DNA of 64,000 nt from Takakia lepidozioides (Eukaryota > Plantae > Bryophyta): NCBI GenBank assembly GCA_030704615.1, contig CM060734.1, positions 22,010,001 through 22,074,000 on the forward strand, in the 5' to 3' direction. The notes beneath the pieces were generated by a model that was not told the DNA's origin, did not search any database, and saw nothing but the letters and a program-made list of their open reading frames with translations. Within the stretch, counting starts at the first letter, position 1; each line of letters opens with the position of its first letter. Positions 62,353 through 64,000 of this stretch are shown piece after piece. Made by a program: the position numbers and the translations under genes.

Positions 62353-64000
62353 AGATCTGACCTGAACTCCGGGAGTAGGTCTTCATGTGGGCTGTGTGGG
62401 AACAGTCGGCAAGGAAGATCACAGTCCAGGGTGCATGACACAAATGGGATAGCAGAATAAGGTACGGAGATAGTGGAGAAATCGGCAGGTTTTAATAGTG
62501 GCTCTAGAGTATTTCAGAGTAATTCACCAGGGGTGATAAACTTGATACCAGTGACAGTGGTAAGTTGGGTGAGGTTAGTGATGTGCCGTTCTTTAAAGTA
62601 GGTGAGGATGGTTGTTTTCTGACGGGCGTGGGTGGCTTCGAATTGAGAACGGAATGGGCTAGAAGACCAGGAAATTTCTAGTGGAGAGACTTTGTTAGGA
62701 TATCCTGGCAGATCAGTTTGAAGGCTGATACGCATTTGTCGGAGAATAAGCAGGGATCGTGCAGTTGGGGAGTGGCGGCAAGATTGTGGATGGAGAGTAG
62801 GGAGAGAGTGAAGCCCATTAAATTTTGAGGCTAGGTGCTTGATGAGTCCACGGTAGGTGAACCCTAATCGACCAGGGTCGCTAAGGGCTTCTAGTAGTTG
62901 AGTACCCAGGGTGCGGGCATAGGAGGTGATGAGGGGGCTAGAACCTATACCATAGCTTGGGTAAGGGCATTTGGGGTGCTGGTAGGAAGACCATAGATCC
63001 GTTTGGTAAGTTGGATAATATGTTTGTCAAGCATGCGGATGTCTGGAAGGAGAAATGGTGGAAGGGAGAATGGAGCAACGTGGAATGCATATTGGACTTG
63101 TGGTTTAAGTACCGATTGGGTGATCGCTAATTTAGGTCTAATGGGTAGAGGGGCTTTGAGGAGTGCCAAACTCTTGTTAGTTAGTTTGGTAAGTGTAGTA
63201 GCTTTTTTAACCTGCCAGTTGAGTGATGGGACGAGTTGTATGCCTAAGTATGTATAAGGTTCGTCAGGTCCCAAGAAAGGGAAAGGGCTATGCTGATATG
63301 GATGTAGTTTTGCAGTGGGAATCAATCGCGGCCCGGGTGAGCTTGCTGCGGTGGGTAGCTGCTGTGACGGCGCATTTGTGGATACTGAGTTCCATGCCTG
63401 ACTAGAGATTAAAGCGAGATAATTAGGGATGGGGAGGTAGGCGGTGGGTTATTAATGGGTAGATCATGCACCAGCAGGATGTCGGGGCATAATCTGGCAG
63501 AACAGGTGTATGGGGGACGCGAACAAGTACATGGAAGTAGCCATGGTGGAACAATGTGATCTGGGGGTTTGCCTTGATAGGTGCCTGCATTGACGAGTGA
63601 GAACTAGCGAGTTTCAGAGCGCTGCATGAGGAGTTTGTGGATGTGCCAAACCGCTTGGTTGTGACGGGTTATATGACCGTGGATGACTGGATGGGTGCAT
63701 TGGCTAAGTATATGTGGCCATGTGTCCCGGACCTGGTGAGTGTGTAAGCATAGCGGGCAGTATGTTGATGGGAAGAGGCGTGGCCAGAAGACGTGCTTTC
63801 GTTGGTGGCCCATATATTGTGCGTAACGAAATTTAAGTGTTTGTCTAATTTGAGCATCAGTTGCAGCTTTGGAGTGCTGGAAATAGTTGGAGAGTTTATG
63901 GTGGAGTATAGTGGATAGTGCCCATTTTTTAATATGAATTTTGGTGTGGCTCATGGATGCCATTGCTTGTTGAGTGGCCTCCTTAGTGAGGATGGTGAGG
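61965..64000 (-). mobile_element. Non-LTR retrotransposon fragments (Dualen/RandI-like): zinc finger plus RLE, RT C-terminus, chromodomain
   Basis: CPLC...DTWPHILSQC...RHNQAV...CPDILLV (63420-63963); MELSIHKCAV and YTYLGI (62945-63420); YVIEAILG...YYLCKWQDF...DNTWQ (61990-62150). Confidence 0.75.
62315..62350. repeat. Poly-G tract (36 nt); shorter tracts at ~54716-54727 and 61449-61469
   Basis: Direct observation. Confidence 0.95.

Overview
Repeat-dense nuclear DNA of a land plant. A non-seed plant such as a moss is likely, judged from the PLS-DYW gene and the transposon types; this is inference. About 53 kb is a stack of nested, mostly decayed transposons: a LINE ORF1 split by a piggyBac-like MITE, a Copia, a MULE-like element, two chromovirus Ty3/Gypsy copies, other Gypsy fragments and a CACTA end. 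The stand-out element is an 11.1-kb integrase-type retroelement (7109-18205, TG...CA, 4-bp TSD GAGG). Its polyprotein carries a DNMT3-like C5 cytosine methyltransferase between protease and RT and a PHD finger after the integrase. Its ends are split direct repeats (A1...B1-A2-B2) with a palindromic CA-gc-TG junction rather than ordinary LTRs. The host locus is an intact PLS-class PPR-DYW editing-factor exon that can be spliced in frame to the 5' exons of a ZFPL1-like zinc-finger gene, with a LINE in the last intron. Other cargo includes a dUTPase-like domain in a Gypsy pol, an atypical protein kinase, an FCP1/NIF-like pseudophosphatase and a chromodomain-bearing RLE LINE. All assignments come from manual motif reading; no database searches were run.
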